A stretch of 61,107 nt of DNA, filler included, from Nitrospinae bacterium RIFCSPLOWO2_12_FULL_45_22 (GTDB lineage Bacteria > 2-12-FULL-45-22), in NCBI GenBank assembly GCA_001803565.1. It is 5 parts of 5 records of this genome, joined end to end, with 100 filler letters (N's around TTAATTAATTAA, not from the genome) between each part and the next. Parts side by side here need not be neighbours in the genome. Positions count along the whole stretch, not along the records: positions 17,454 to 32,308 come from MHDQ01000049.1; positions 32,409 to 41,217 come from MHDQ01000050.1; 3 more parts are not named here. One strand, given 5' to 3'. A program made the translations under genes and the position numbers. The notes below the pieces were generated by a model. It did no database searches and was not told the origin of the DNA. It saw nothing but the letters and a program-made list of their open reading frames with translations. Shown here one piece after another: positions 29,301 to 40,244 of the stretch (position 1 is the stretch's first letter; each line of letters starts with the position of its first letter).

Positions 29301-32300
29301 TCTCAGAAGAAACAGGCATCAAGATTGAAGAGTTGGTAGGATTTTATAAAGAAATACCGCATCAGATATTTAAAGAAGATGCTCCAAAACCTCTATACCA
29401 CCAGGTATTCCTGAACAAAGCAAAAAATGGATTTATTGATGAGGGACTATTACCGGAAAAAGTTGATGGCTCTCAATTGTTGAGCAATTTCAAAACCAGC
29501 CTATCTGCTTGCCTGCAAATCAAAGAGCAGGATTTAGATAAGTTATTGCCTCTGCTGCCTGATGACAACCTGACATTTTCCAACCTGAGTTACCTGTTTG
29601 CCGCTTCAAGGCTGATGAAGAAACTGAAGCTTAAAGACGATGATTTCATAATACTTACGGAGCTCACTGGCATAAATATTTCCGATTCACCGGAAAAGAC
29701 TTTGAAGTTCGTTAACGCGGCCAACGACCTGAATAAATCCCCTTTAAAACTCGCCGACGTTAAATTCATGCTCCGACATGAAGCAACCAATCTCGTCGAC
29801 AGAGAAATCAAAGATGAGAAAATCAAACAGGTACTGGAAAAATTGCAGAAAGAGTATCAACGTAATTTTAGCGCCAACAAATCACCTTTCGTTGCCAATT
29901 TATCCGCAGACGAGCAGAAAGAAACATTGCAAACTGCTTTATCCAAACTGAGCGGCATTGGAGAAGAAGATGTAAAGACGTTTATAAAATTCATTGATAG
30001 AGACTGGACATCAGCGAATGATGCAAAGACCTTTACGAATAACAAATTAAATGGCCTGTTTGATACAGCATTGATTAAAGCCAAAATTGATGCTTTGGCA
30101 GCAGCACCAGGCCCTGACATCAGTAATGAACAGAAGGATTTAATCAAGGCCTTCTTAGATTCTATTGCCGCTTATCAGCTTCAAATCGGCAAGCAGTCTA
30201 TTCTTGAACAAACATTAGCAACTGCTTTCAAAGCAGATTTGGAATTGGTAAAGATTGTTCTGAAGCATGCTCAATTAAAACAACCTGCACCGGGTAGTGG
30301 TCTCTTATCTCAGATACTTCTTTCTGATACTTTGATTGATACGGATATAACTCATGTTACGCCTATTTTACCACCCATCACCAATGTTGCTTTTCCCAAT
30401 CAGTATCGTGCCCTCAGGCTGACGCATAAGCTCTTTCCTTTGGTCAATTCTTTTAAATTGGGAAATCAAGAGATAGAGTGGTTTTTCAAGAATAATAAAG
30501 ACTTGAGCTGGTTTGAATGGGATAGCATTCCTTATGAAGCAGGGCAGACAGCGATTGATTATGCCAAATATGCGGCTTTTGCCGGAATGATTGATCTGGC
30601 AAAACAACTTACTCCGGTACCCAATCAGGCAGATGCAGAAAATCCAATTACTTTCTTGTCTGTGGCAGAAATGCTCTTACCGGCTAGCGGTACCATGAGG
30701 AATCAATTTATAGAGGCATTTTCTCTACTGACAGGCTACATCAAAGAAGATGTAGATACTGTTGATGCACATTTATTTCCGGTATTCAACCTAAGCAATT
30801 ACAGCGACGTAAAAACCTGGCAAGCCATTAGTGATTGTGCAGAGCATCTGAGAAAATTAGGCTCAACGGTTGTCCAGGTAAAAGAATATATTAAGCCGGT
30901 TTTAACAAGTACCGATACCCATCTCTTGCGTACAGCCCTGAAAGCCCGCTACGATGAAGACACATGGCTAAGCACACTCAAAGAAATCATGGATGCTATC
31001 CGTCCTCAAAAAAGGGATGCTTTGGTGGCTTATCTGTTAGCTGTACACCCTGAAATGAAAGACGAGAACGATTTGTATGATTATTTCCTGGTAGATGTGG
31101 AAATGGAAGCCTGTATGCCTTCATCCAGAATTGTTCAGGCACATGGAACCATTCAACTTTTTGTGCAGCGTTGTTTGATGGGACTGGAACCGAAAGCAGC
31201 AGCCGATGTAAACAACGATAAAAGCTGGGAGCAATGGAAGTGGATGAAAAATTACCGAGTATGGGAAGCCAACCGCAAGGTGTTCCTGTATCCCGAAAAC
31301 TGGATTGAGGCGGAACTCAGAGACGACAAGTCCTTCTTGTTTACAGAGTTGGAAAATGAGTTGCTTCAAAACGAGCTTAGGGATTTCACTGCAGAAGAAG
31401 CTTTGATCAAATACCTTGAGAAATTAGATAACATCGCATTTCTGGAAGTTATGGCTACATGGTACCAGTCGGATATTAAAACTATGCATGTATTTGCCCG
31501 AACCAAAGGAGGCGACCCTGCCATTTACTATTACAGAAGATTTGAAAAAGAACGCTACTGGACACCCTGGGAAAAAGTGGAATTGGATATAACCGGAGAT
31601 CACCTGTTGGCATTTATCCGAAACAATCGCTTGTGCCTGGCATGGCCTGTTTTCAGTGAAGAGCCTGATCCAAATCCTCAATCTACAGTTCCCAACAGTA
31701 CTCCAGGAACAGTGATTAACAATGACAAACCCAAGCGAAAACTCAAAATCCAGCTTGCCATCAGCGAGTTTGCCAATAAAAAATGGCAACCGAAAAAAAT
31801 ATCTCACGGAGCTATTAATACTCCATCGGGATATGGAAATTATACAACTGAAGATTTACCGAGAGATATATACAATTTAATATACGTTGAAGATTCTGAA
31901 CAAATAAGGATATTTAGTAGAGCAGATAAAATCAATGATACAGACTTTAAATTTGATGGTGCTTTTAACCTTTCAGGGTGTAAAGGATATCCTGAATTGG
32001 TATTTTTAGGGAATTTTTATTTTCCAGATTTCTATCCTGATTTTAATGATACTCAATTAAAATACCAAAGATATATTGAAGCAAATGAATTAGTGGGAGA
32101 TAATTTATCGGTTAAGAACGGAATCTCATTTTTCAGTTTCTATGAAATTTTGGGTAAAACTCCAGGGACATTCAGGTTGTCATATCCGCATCAACTGACC
32201 CAGATTGACCTGGTAGCGTTACTTTTTCAATATTTACTGATGTATGCTTATGGTTCTAATAAAGCATATCTTAGCTATTACGAACGTTTCCTGAAAATTC

Positions 32301-32308
32301 CATTAGGT
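26360..32308 (+). CDS. Tc toxin subunit A-like protein (VRP1-like and neuraminidase-like domains), 3'-truncated
   Basis: CACEHCRSVYSPAAYLVEIL, RRPDL, YDYFLVDVEM, SSRIVQA, QLFVQRCLMGLE, YRVWEANRKVFLYPENW, YYYRR, WTPWEKV. Confidence 0.93.
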
Positions 32309-32352
32309 NNNNNNNNNNNNNNNNNNNNNNNNNNNNNNNNNNNNNNNNNNNN

Positions 32353-32364
32353 TTAATTAATTAA
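32353..32364. other. Artificial contig linker
   Basis: TTAATTAATTAA between N runs. Confidence 0.95.
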
Positions 32365-32409
32365 NNNNNNNNNNNNNNNNNNNNNNNNNNNNNNNNNNNN
32401 NNNNNNNNC

Positions 32410-33390
32410 GAGATGGGTATAATCTTCATGATTTTACTTATCGGCCTGGAGACCCATGTCAGCCAATTACGCCGAATAGGCAAAACCGCAATTTTAGTAG
32501 CACTTATAGGCGTAGTTGTACCCTTTGGGGTAGGGTACATACTGGGCGAGGCCCTGGGTTATCCCTGGAAGACCTCCCTTTTCCTGGGTAGTATCCTTAC
32601 CGCCACCAGTGTTGCGGTTACGGTAAGGACCTTTATGGATCTGGGGATGGCCCGCTCCTCTGTTTCCCAGACCATCCTGGCGGCGGCGATAATAGATGAT
32701 ATCCTGGGCCTGCTGATCCTGGCGGTGGTACTGGCCTTTGCTGGTACTGGAGAAGGAGGGGGGCTGATAAGCAAATTGGAAAAGGCCGGCTTATTTTTCT
32801 TTGTAATCCTCCCCCTCGGGTGGTGGTTAGTGCCTCGGGTTATTGCCTTAGTGAGACGTATGGAAGGTGAAGGGACTACCTTCACCACGATATTAGGTAT
32901 TACCTTTCTATTTGCCTTCCTGTCCCACTGGGCTGGGCTAGCCAGCCTGATCGGGGCCTTTCTAATCGGGCTCATCTTTGGCCAGCTCCCCGAGGCAGAA
33001 AGGATCTCAGAGGAGATTAAGCCCCTTTATTATTTCCTGGCACCGGTATTCTTCGTCTCTATAGGAGTTCAGGTTGACCTTTGGGAGTTCTCTACCGCCA
33101 TAGTCTTTGCCTTACTCCTTACCCTGGCAGCTATCATTACCAAGGTGATAGGGGGGCAAGCAGGCGCCTATTTGGGTGGACTTAGCCGGAAAAAAGGGCT
33201 GATAATAGGGGTAGGAATGGTGCCTCGGGGTGAGGTGGGTCTGATCGTAGCGGGGATAGGGCGGCAATGGCACCTTATTGATGATGCAGTATTTTCTGCC
33301 GCGGCTTTTATGTGCCTCCTCACTATTTTGCTACCTCCTTTGTTCATAAAGCTATTAATCAAATTATATCCCGAAGAGCTGGAGGGATAG
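32410..33390 (+). CDS. CPA2 cation:proton antiporter, 5'-truncated
   Basis: IGLE, ATSVAVT, AAIIDD, APVFFVSIG, GMVPRGEVGL; many TM segments. Confidence 0.92.
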   Translation, partial: EMGIIFMILLIGLETHVSQLRRIGKTAILVALIGVVVPFGVGYILGEALGYPWKTSLFLGSILTATSVAVTVRTFMDLGMARSSVSQTILAAAIIDDILGLLILAVVLAFAGTGEGGGLISKLEKAGLFFFVILPLGWWLVPRVIALVRRMEGEGTTFTTILGITFLFAFLSHWAGLASLIGAFLIGLIFGQLPEAERISEEIKPLYYFLAPVFFVSIGVQVDLWEFSTAIVFALLLTLAAIITKVIGGQAGAYLGGLSRKKGLIIGVGMVPRGEVGLIVAGIGRQWHLIDDAVFSAAAFMCLLTILLPPLFIKLLIKLYPEELEG

Positions 33391-33392
33391 CC

Positions 33393-33809
33393 ATGAAGGT
33401 CAAGGATTGCTATCAGCAGGTCACACCGCATGCGGATCTCGTCAGAGAAGATACAAAAATCGAGGATGTAATAAAGGTAATGTCGCGTAATCCAGCCTCC
33501 AGGGCAGTATTTGTGGTCAATGAAAAAGAAGAATTGGTAGGTATTGTAAGCATGCAACAGCTCTTGAATATTATGGGGATAGAATACTCTAAAGAAGATT
33601 CTATAACCCTGATCTCTCAGGTAATGGCCAAGACGGCCGCTGACATAATGATCCCCCCTCAATGGGTTTCACCGGAAGACGATCTACAAGAGGCCCTGAA
33701 GCTCGCGGTACAGCACAGCCTTCAAGATATCCCCGTAGTATCTGAAGGGAAAGTAATAGGTAATCTAGACTGCTTCGAAATAATCAATAACCTGGGCCGC
33801 TCTTCCTAA
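33393..33809 (+). CDS. CBS-domain pair protein
   Basis: GGAGG RBS then ATG 33393; VFVVNEKEELVGIVS and IPVVSEGKVIG. Confidence 0.9.
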   Translation: MKVKDCYQQVTPHADLVREDTKIEDVIKVMSRNPASRAVFVVNEKEELVGIVSMQQLLNIMGIEYSKEDSITLISQVMAKTAADIMIPPQWVSPEDDLQEALKLAVQHSLQDIPVVSEGKVIGNLDCFEIINNLGRSS

Positions 33810-33846
33810 TTATTGTCAGGATTTTTATTACTATCAAATAGATAAT

Positions 33847-35781
33847 ATGATACCAGAGATATCCTTTTCTCCCCTCTTGCTTATTACCTTGCTGGCCCTT
33901 GCTGTCCCAATACTATTCTCCCATATTAGGGTAGTAAGCTTACCTATAATAGTCGGGGAGATATTATGTGGGATATTGGTGGGTGAGGGTGGTTTAGGGC
34001 TCATCGGAAAAGAGCCATGGTTAGATTTTCTCTCCTCTTTCGGCTTTGTTTATCTTATGTTCCTTTCCGGGCTAGAGATCGATTTTAGGGTAATGTCTCC
34101 CTATCTGGAGCGTAAAGGTAAAGGCTTAAAATTTTATCTGAAAAATCCGATTATGATAGGACTTTTGTCTGCCGGATCAACCCTAACTGTTTCTTTGGGC
34201 CTCTGCTACGCCCTCCGACTCCACTGGCTGATAGCTTTGCTCCTCTCCACTACCTCTATTGGTGTGGTAGTACCGGTGATTAAAGAGGGACGCTTCTCTT
34301 CTACTCCTTATGGTCAGACCCTCTTATTGGCTACTATGATGGCGGACTTTCTTACCATGTTTCTCTTTACTATTGGTGTGGCCATCGTCTCTAAGGGTTT
34401 CACCTTTGAGTTCCTCTTAATATTGGGTATTTTTGTAGCTTTTTTTGTGATATACCGTGTTGGTCATATCTTTGCTGGATATATGGCGGTTCAGAATATT
34501 ATTAAGGAACTCTCCCATGCTACTTCTCAGATTAGGGTACGGGGTTGTTTTGTCCTGATGTTATTCTTTGTTGCTCTTTCCCAGCAACTAGGGGTTGAGA
34601 TTATCCTCGGTTCTTTCCTAGCCGGGGTTATTATATCGCTAATTTCAGATAAGGAAGGCTCAGACCTTCATCAAAAATTGGATGCCATAGGCTATGGATT
34701 CTTTATCCCCATCTTCTTTATCATGGTAGGAGTTAGCTTAGACCTCACCCCCCTTTTATCTTCTCTTCAATCCGGTTCAGCACAGGGCAAAGAGACCTTC
34801 TGGCTAATCCCATTATTGTTAGGGCTGGTTTATCTGGCTCGGGGCTTGCCCATATTTGCCTTCAGGCTCCTTTATCCCTGGCGACATTCCATCGGGGCAG
34901 GTGCTTTGCTATCTGCCCAGTTGAGTCTTAGTATTGCCGGGGCCATTATCCTCCTTAGAATGGGTTTGGTTGACCAATCCTTATATGCTGCCATCATATT
35001 TATGTCTGTCTTGACTTGTATCCTTTCCCCTATTGCTTTTCGCTGGTTAGTTTCAGTAGAACCAGCAATAGAGAAGAAGCAAATAGTAATCCTTGGAGCT
35101 AATGAGATAGGTTGCCTCCTGGCTGATAGGTTAACCAGCCTTGGCGAGCAGGTGAGACTTGTAGATAAAGATCCATATCGAGCAGAACGGGCCGGGCGAT
35201 TAGGATTAGAGGTCTCAGAAATTGATTTTGCTACCGAAGAAGGTTTAAGGCTCGCAGGGTGTGACAAGGCAACGGCCCTTGTGGCGGTTACTAATGATGA
35301 TGATACCAATATCCATGCCTGTCAGCTAGCGAAGAATACTTTCGGTATTGAACATTTAGTTTCGGTGATAAATAACTTGGACAATCTAGGGAAGGCAGAA
35401 GATACTGGGATCAAAGTGGTAAATCCCACTTTTTCTTTAGTAAATGGACTGCATAATTTTATCCACCATCCCAGCCTGGCCGAACTACTGAGCGAACAGG
35501 TCGTTGGAAAGAATGTAGTGGAGATACCCTTGTATGGGTCTAATTTCTTGGGACGACCCTTAAGAGAGCTTCAACTACCGGGTGATTGTCTTATCCTTTC
35601 TATTAAGAGAACCGGAGAATTTCTGGGACCCCGGGGCAATACTATATTGAAAAAAGGGGATAGCATAACTATATTAGGGAGTGCGGAATTTGTAGCAGAG
35701 CTAAGTGACCAGCAACCAGAACCAACTTTTTCCCTTAGGAGTTATTTCAAAAGATTCAGCCAAAGATTTCGGAGGGGGTGA
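33847..35781 (+). CDS. CPA2 monovalent cation:proton antiporter with TrkA-N and TrkA-C (RCK) domains
   Basis: MFLSGLEID, STTSIGVVVP, FFIPIFFIMVG; ILGANEIG, AVTNDDDTN; PRGNTILKKGD. Confidence 0.92.
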   Translation: MIPEISFSPLLLITLLALAVPILFSHIRVVSLPIIVGEILCGILVGEGGLGLIGKEPWLDFLSSFGFVYLMFLSGLEIDFRVMSPYLERKGKGLKFYLKNPIMIGLLSAGSTLTVSLGLCYALRLHWLIALLLSTTSIGVVVPVIKEGRFSSTPYGQTLLLATMMADFLTMFLFTIGVAIVSKGFTFEFLLILGIFVAFFVIYRVGHIFAGYMAVQNIIKELSHATSQIRVRGCFVLMLFFVALSQQLGVEIILGSFLAGVIISLISDKEGSDLHQKLDAIGYGFFIPIFFIMVGVSLDLTPLLSSLQSGSAQGKETFWLIPLLLGLVYLARGLPIFAFRLLYPWRHSIGAGALLSAQLSLSIAGAIILLRMGLVDQSLYAAIIFMSVLTCILSPIAFRWLVSVEPAIEKKQIVILGANEIGCLLADRLTSLGEQVRLVDKDPYRAERAGRLGLEVSEIDFATEEGLRLAGCDKATALVAVTNDDDTNIHACQLAKNTFGIEHLVSVINNLDNLGKAEDTGIKVVNPTFSLVNGLHNFIHHPSLAELLSEQVVGKNVVEIPLYGSNFLGRPLRELQLPGDCLILSIKRTGEFLGPRGNTILKKGDSITILGSAEFVAELSDQQPEPTFSLRSYFKRFSQRFRRG

Positions 35782-35864
35782 ACTACCAAAAATTGATCTT
35801 AGTCACGAACGGACACATATAAACAAGAATTTAAATCACCCTGGATTATGAAGCGTTCTAAGCA

Positions 35865-35919
35865 GAGCGACGAAACAATCTAATCAATTAGAGATTGCTT
35901 CGCTAACGCTCGCAATGAC
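35865..35919. repeat. REP-like imperfect palindrome
   Basis: GAAACAATCT...AGATTGCTTCGCTAACGCTCGCAATGAC. Confidence 0.55.
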
Positions 35920-35948
35920 ATTAATAAAACATTTGCATCCCTGCGCTT

Positions 35949-36815
35949 ATGAGCCTTGATAAAAATTCGGCATTAACTCACGAAAGCAATATAAATGATA
36001 ATCTAAGGGCTACCAACCTGTTCCAGGCTATTGATCAGATAAGGGAGCGCCTTAAGCGAGCGGCAAAGGTATTGCTCCTATTAGATTATGACGGGACTCT
36101 GGTACCTATCGCAGAGAAGCCGGAATTAGCATTATTGCCAGAAAATACTCGTTCTTTATTAAGACAGCTTAGTGACTATCCCAGAGTAATATTGGGAGTA
36201 GTAAGTGGCAGGTCTTTAGCCGAAATAAAGGAGCTAGTTAATCTAGAAGGGATTATTTATGTCGGTAATCATGGCTTAGAGATGGACCTGCTAGCGGGCC
36301 ACTATGTATATCCTGAGGCGAAAGGCTTTTTATCCCAGATGAGAGAGTTAAAAGAGATATTATCTCAATACTTACCAGATTTCCCGGGCAGTTTATTGGA
36401 GGACAAAGGGTTGCTCTTAAGCCTCCATTACCGGAAACTGGCTCCGAATAATGTCCCAGCCCTCAAAACGCTATTGGAAAGGACATTAGCAGGCTATAGC
36501 CAGAGGTTAGAAATAGCTAATGGTAAGAAGGTATGGGAGATAAGGCCCAGGATCGCCTGTAACAAGGGAAGCGCCGTTTTAACTATTTTAGAATCCCTAT
36601 CGATCTCAGAACCAGATCCCTTACCTATTTATCTTGGTGATGACAGAACCGATGAAGATGCCTTTAGGGCCTTAGCTGATAAGGGGATAACTATCCGCGT
36701 AGGGGATAGCCCTTCCCCTACCTTGGCCCATTCCTATCTTACTGAACAGAAAGAAGTCCTGGAATTTTTAAGACTCCTGTACCAAGAATTTAAAGCCCAG
36801 GCTCAGAGCAATTAA
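35949..36815 (+). CDS. otsB: Trehalose-6-phosphate phosphatase (HAD)
   Basis: LLDYDGTL, VVSGR, GNHGLE, LHYR, GKKVWEIRP...KG, YLGDDRTDEDAF. Confidence 0.93.
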   Translation: MSLDKNSALTHESNINDNLRATNLFQAIDQIRERLKRAAKVLLLLDYDGTLVPIAEKPELALLPENTRSLLRQLSDYPRVILGVVSGRSLAEIKELVNLEGIIYVGNHGLEMDLLAGHYVYPEAKGFLSQMRELKEILSQYLPDFPGSLLEDKGLLLSLHYRKLAPNNVPALKTLLERTLAGYSQRLEIANGKKVWEIRPRIACNKGSAVLTILESLSISEPDPLPIYLGDDRTDEDAFRALADKGITIRVGDSPSPTLAHSYLTEQKEVLEFLRLLYQEFKAQAQSN

Positions 36816-36820
36816 CATAA

Positions 36821-36930
36821 TCGGCCTATCCGGTTGACTCTTGTACATACTATATATTGCGGTTAAAATCCCATAAATCAACGATTTGTAACTATATCTC
36901 GTATCTACGAGAGTGAAGCGGATAGGCCGG
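36821..36930. mobile_element. 110-bp MITE, IS1595-family-like ends, 8-bp TSD
   Basis: About 30-bp imperfect TIRs ((T/C)CGGCCTATCCG...); TAACATAA duplicated at 36813-36820 and 36931-36938. Confidence 0.8.
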
Positions 36931-36938
36931 TAACATAA

Positions 36939-37055
36939 TTAGAGGCTATAGAAATAGACTCTTGGCATAGGTACTCCTTCTGGGATTCTTTGATTATCCA
37001 GGCTGCCATAAGAGGGGGTGCGGCCTTGCTGTTACCAGAAGAGCTGAACAAATAA
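36939..37055 (+). pseudogene. PIN-domain (VapC-like) C-terminal remnant
   Basis: LEAIEI...YSFWDSLIIQAAIRGGAALLLPEELNK*; no start codon. Confidence 0.7.
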
Positions 37056-37155
37056 ATATCAGCCAATTTTCCTTGACATGGAGTAGGGATGAGGAATAAA
37101 GTAATGTCGTTCTTTCTGGTTAGTCAATATCAAATATTAATAGGAGGGTTTCAGT

Positions 37156-37590
37156 ATGGCCAAGAAATTATTAGTATATGATGAATTGGAAGTAGGGCGA
37201 AAGTTTAAACCCGCTACCTATACCTTAACCAAAGAGACTATTGGGAAATATGCTGAGGCAGTAGAAGACCGAAACCCCCTTTATCTGGATGAAGCCCAGG
37301 CTAAAAACTCGGCCTTTAAAGGGCTCATCAGCCACCCTACTACCGCCGCTATTTATAGCCTGGCGTCCATTATGACTGAAGGGGAGATGCCGCCAGGAGG
37401 GATCCATGCCAAACAATTTTTCGAGTTCCATACACCGGCCCGGCCCGGCGATGCCTTGACTACTACTGCCACGGTAGTGGATAAATATATCAAGCGCGAG
37501 AAAAAATATGTAGTCTTCGAGACCACCACGGTCAACCAGAAAGGAGAAAAGATAGTTACGGGCAAGATGACTGCTATTATCCCCCAATAA
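37156..37590 (+). CDS. MaoC-like hot-dog dehydratase subunit (HadA-like)
   Basis: YAEAVEDRNPLY, HPT, IHAKQFFEFHTPARPGD. Confidence 0.88.
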   Translation: MAKKLLVYDELEVGRKFKPATYTLTKETIGKYAEAVEDRNPLYLDEAQAKNSAFKGLISHPTTAAIYSLASIMTEGEMPPGGIHAKQFFEFHTPARPGDALTTTATVVDKYIKREKKYVVFETTTVNQKGEKIVTGKMTAIIPQ

Positions 37591-37602
37591 TAAACGCCGA
37601 GG

Positions 37603-37666
37603 AGCGAACAGTAAGCAGTAAGCGGTGAAGAGTTAACTACTCACTCCTCACGGTTCACTGCTCACT
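37603..37666. repeat. Heptamer tandem-repeat hairpin, intergenic
   Basis: AGTAAGC-type units followed by CTCACTG-type units. Confidence 0.75.
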
Positions 37667-37690
37667 ATTAACCAGAAAAGGAGGATCGAA

Positions 37691-38116
37691 ATGCCCACCC
37701 CTAGTTTTGATCAGATAAAGATTGGTGATGAGATACCCGCTATTTGCAAGACCATAACTCAAGAAAAGATCAACCGCTATGCAGATGCATCGGGTGATTA
37801 TAATCCTATCCATGTAGACCCCGAATTTGCTAAGAATACCATGTTCAAAGGAACTATAGGCCATGGTATGATGACCCTGGCCTATATCTCTGAGATGATG
37901 ACCAACTGGTTAGGGAGCGGCTGGATATATGGTGGTAATATGGAGGTAACCTTTTTTGCCCCTACCCGGCCAGAACTTAGCTATGCGATTAAAGGCAAGG
38001 TAGTGGATAAGAAGGAAGAGGCGGGTAAGAAGGTTGTGGAATGCGAGATCTGGTGTGAAGACCAGGACGGTAATAAAGTAGTAGCGGGCAAGACCTCTGG
38101 CCAGCTCCTAACCTAA
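37691..38116 (+). CDS. MaoC family dehydratase (HadB-like)
   Basis: Hydratase motif YADASGDYNPIHVD; TIGHGM. Confidence 0.92.
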   Translation: MPTPSFDQIKIGDEIPAICKTITQEKINRYADASGDYNPIHVDPEFAKNTMFKGTIGHGMMTLAYISEMMTNWLGSGWIYGGNMEVTFFAPTRPELSYAIKGKVVDKKEEAGKKVVECEIWCEDQDGNKVVAGKTSGQLLT

Positions 38117-38127
38117 AAGAAGGTGAT

Positions 38128-39492
38128 TTGAGCCCTTTGAAGATTAATTATACCTGTCAGGGTTGTGGTTATATGGCCCCGAAATGGCTGGGGCGATGTC
38201 CTGACTGTGGAGAATGGAATACCTTTGTCGAAGAAAAAGAGGCCCCAGCAAAAGCCGCTAAGGAATATAGGAGAGGGCAAACATCCAGTCGCTCACCTGT
38301 CCCGATAACCCAGGTCTCTGGTCAGGAAGAAGACCGGCTAGCAGTGGGTATGCCCGAATTTGACCGGGTATTAGGTGGCGGTATTGTCCCGGGCTCTGTA
38401 GTATTGATCGGGGGTGACCCCGGGATAGGCAAATCTACCTTATTGCTCCAGTTGTCGGGTAAGATAACTGCTGGGAGCAGTACTATCCTCTATGTTACTG
38501 GAGAAGAGTCTACCAGCCAGACCCGCCTGAGGGCCAATCGCCTGGGTGCCCTTTCTGATAATCTCTATTTATTGGCGGAGACCTGCCTGGAGGATATTAT
38601 TCCCCATATTGAGCAGCTCCGGCCTGCGGCCGTTATTATTGACTCTATCCAGACTATATATACCCAGCAATTGCCTTCCACACCGGGTAGTATAGGTCAG
38701 GTACGGGAAGTAGCGGCAGAGCTGATGGGCCTGGCTAAGGGCTGGCAGATACCTATCTTCCTCATTGGTCATGTTACTAAAGAAGGGGCTATAGCTGGAC
38801 CTAAAGCCCTGGAGCACATGGTAGATACGGTATTATATTTTGAAGGGGAGCGGGGCCACTCCTTTCGTATCTTACGGGCGGTAAAAAATCGCTTCGGTTC
38901 GACTAACGAGATAGGGGTCTTTGAGATGGGGAGTAACGGCTTAGTAGAAGTCAGTAACCCCTCAGAGATATTTTTGGCAGAACGGCCCAAGGGGGCTTCA
39001 GGTTCTATAGTGGTCTCGAGTGTAGAAGGTACCCGCCCTATCCTGGTAGAATTGCAGGCCCTGGTTACTCCTACCAACCTCGGTACTCCCCGGAGGATGG
39101 TTACCGGCTTGGATTATAATCGCGTTGCCTTGATGATTGCGGTTTTAGAGAAGCGTGCTGGCTTCCACCTCTTTGGCGAGGACATCTTTCTAAATATTGC
39201 TGGTGGTGTAAAGATAGAAGAGCCAGCCGTAGACTTGGGCATTGCCCTGGCTATTGCCTCCAGCTTCCGGGATAAACCTATTGATAACCATACAGTAGCT
39301 ATCGGTGAAGTGGGCCTGACTAGTGAAGTTAGGGGAGTGCCGCAACTAGAGCTCAGGGTTAGAGAGGCAGCCAAGTTGGGCTTCCAGCGGGCCATAGTTC
39401 CCCGTAGTAATATGCTAAAGCTGAAAGACCCCTTACCTATCGCTCTAGTCCCAGTAACCAATATCAAGGAGGCCCTGGAGGAACTTTTGTGA
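38128..39492 (+). CDS. radA: DNA repair protein RadA/Sms
   Basis: C4 zinc finger, GDPGIGKST, KNRFG, Lon-like C-terminus. Confidence 0.97.
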   Translation: MSPLKINYTCQGCGYMAPKWLGRCPDCGEWNTFVEEKEAPAKAAKEYRRGQTSSRSPVPITQVSGQEEDRLAVGMPEFDRVLGGGIVPGSVVLIGGDPGIGKSTLLLQLSGKITAGSSTILYVTGEESTSQTRLRANRLGALSDNLYLLAETCLEDIIPHIEQLRPAAVIIDSIQTIYTQQLPSTPGSIGQVREVAAELMGLAKGWQIPIFLIGHVTKEGAIAGPKALEHMVDTVLYFEGERGHSFRILRAVKNRFGSTNEIGVFEMGSNGLVEVSNPSEIFLAERPKGASGSIVVSSVEGTRPILVELQALVTPTNLGTPRRMVTGLDYNRVALMIAVLEKRAGFHLFGEDIFLNIAGGVKIEEPAVDLGIALAIASSFRDKPIDNHTVAIGEVGLTSEVRGVPQLELRVREAAKLGFQRAIVPRSNMLKLKDPLPIALVPVTNIKEALEELL

Positions 39493-40244
39493 GCCCCAGC
39501 TCAACACCTTTCACCATAAAATTGCAGGTATTTGAAGGGCCCCTCGACTTATTACTCCACCTGATTAAGCAGAATCAAGTAGATATATACGATATTCCTA
39601 TTGCCTTAATTACTGAGCAATACGTGGAATACCTGGAGTTGATGACCCAACTGAACCTCGATTTTGCCAGTGAATTTCTCGTTATGGCAGCTACCTTGAT
39701 CGAGATAAAGTCCCGGATGCTCCTCCCCGTCATACCTGACCCGGAAGGACAAATAAACCAGCAGACGGATGATCCCCGGGAAGAGCTGGTACAAAGATTA
39801 CTGGAATATCAGAAGTTTAAAGAGGCCGCTCTAGCGTTACGCAAGCATGAGGGACACCAGGCAGAAGTATTTACCCGGATAGAAGATGATAGTACAGAAT
39901 CCGAAAAAGACCTCTTTCTGGATGTTAGTATGTTTGATCTCCTGGAAGCCTTCCGGCGGTTGCTGCAGGAAAAGGCCCCGGAGCAAATCAGAGAGATAAC
40001 CCGAGATGAAATCCTCCTGATTGACAAGCTTAGCTATATCCTGGAGCAATTGGAAAAGAGAGGAGGCAAGCTCTCTTTCCTTTCTTTAACCGAGGGTATG
40101 AACCATAAGCTGGAATTGATCGTTACTTTCCTGGCCTTATTAGAATTGGTTCACCATAGACTGATCAAGCTCAGGCAATCCCGTCCGTTTGGCCAGATAT
40201 GGATATGGAAAGATGAATCGGCAGCAAGCCAAGGGCATAATTGA
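39489..40244 (+). CDS. scpA: Segregation and condensation protein A
   Basis: FEGPLDLLLHLI, EFLVMAATL, TFLALLEL. Confidence 0.96.
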   Translation: MSPSSTPFTIKLQVFEGPLDLLLHLIKQNQVDIYDIPIALITEQYVEYLELMTQLNLDFASEFLVMAATLIEIKSRMLLPVIPDPEGQINQQTDDPREELVQRLLEYQKFKEAALALRKHEGHQAEVFTRIEDDSTESEKDLFLDVSMFDLLEAFRRLLQEKAPEQIREITRDEILLIDKLSYILEQLEKRGGKLSFLSLTEGMNHKLELIVTFLALLELVHHRLIKLRQSRPFGQIWIWKDESAASQGHN

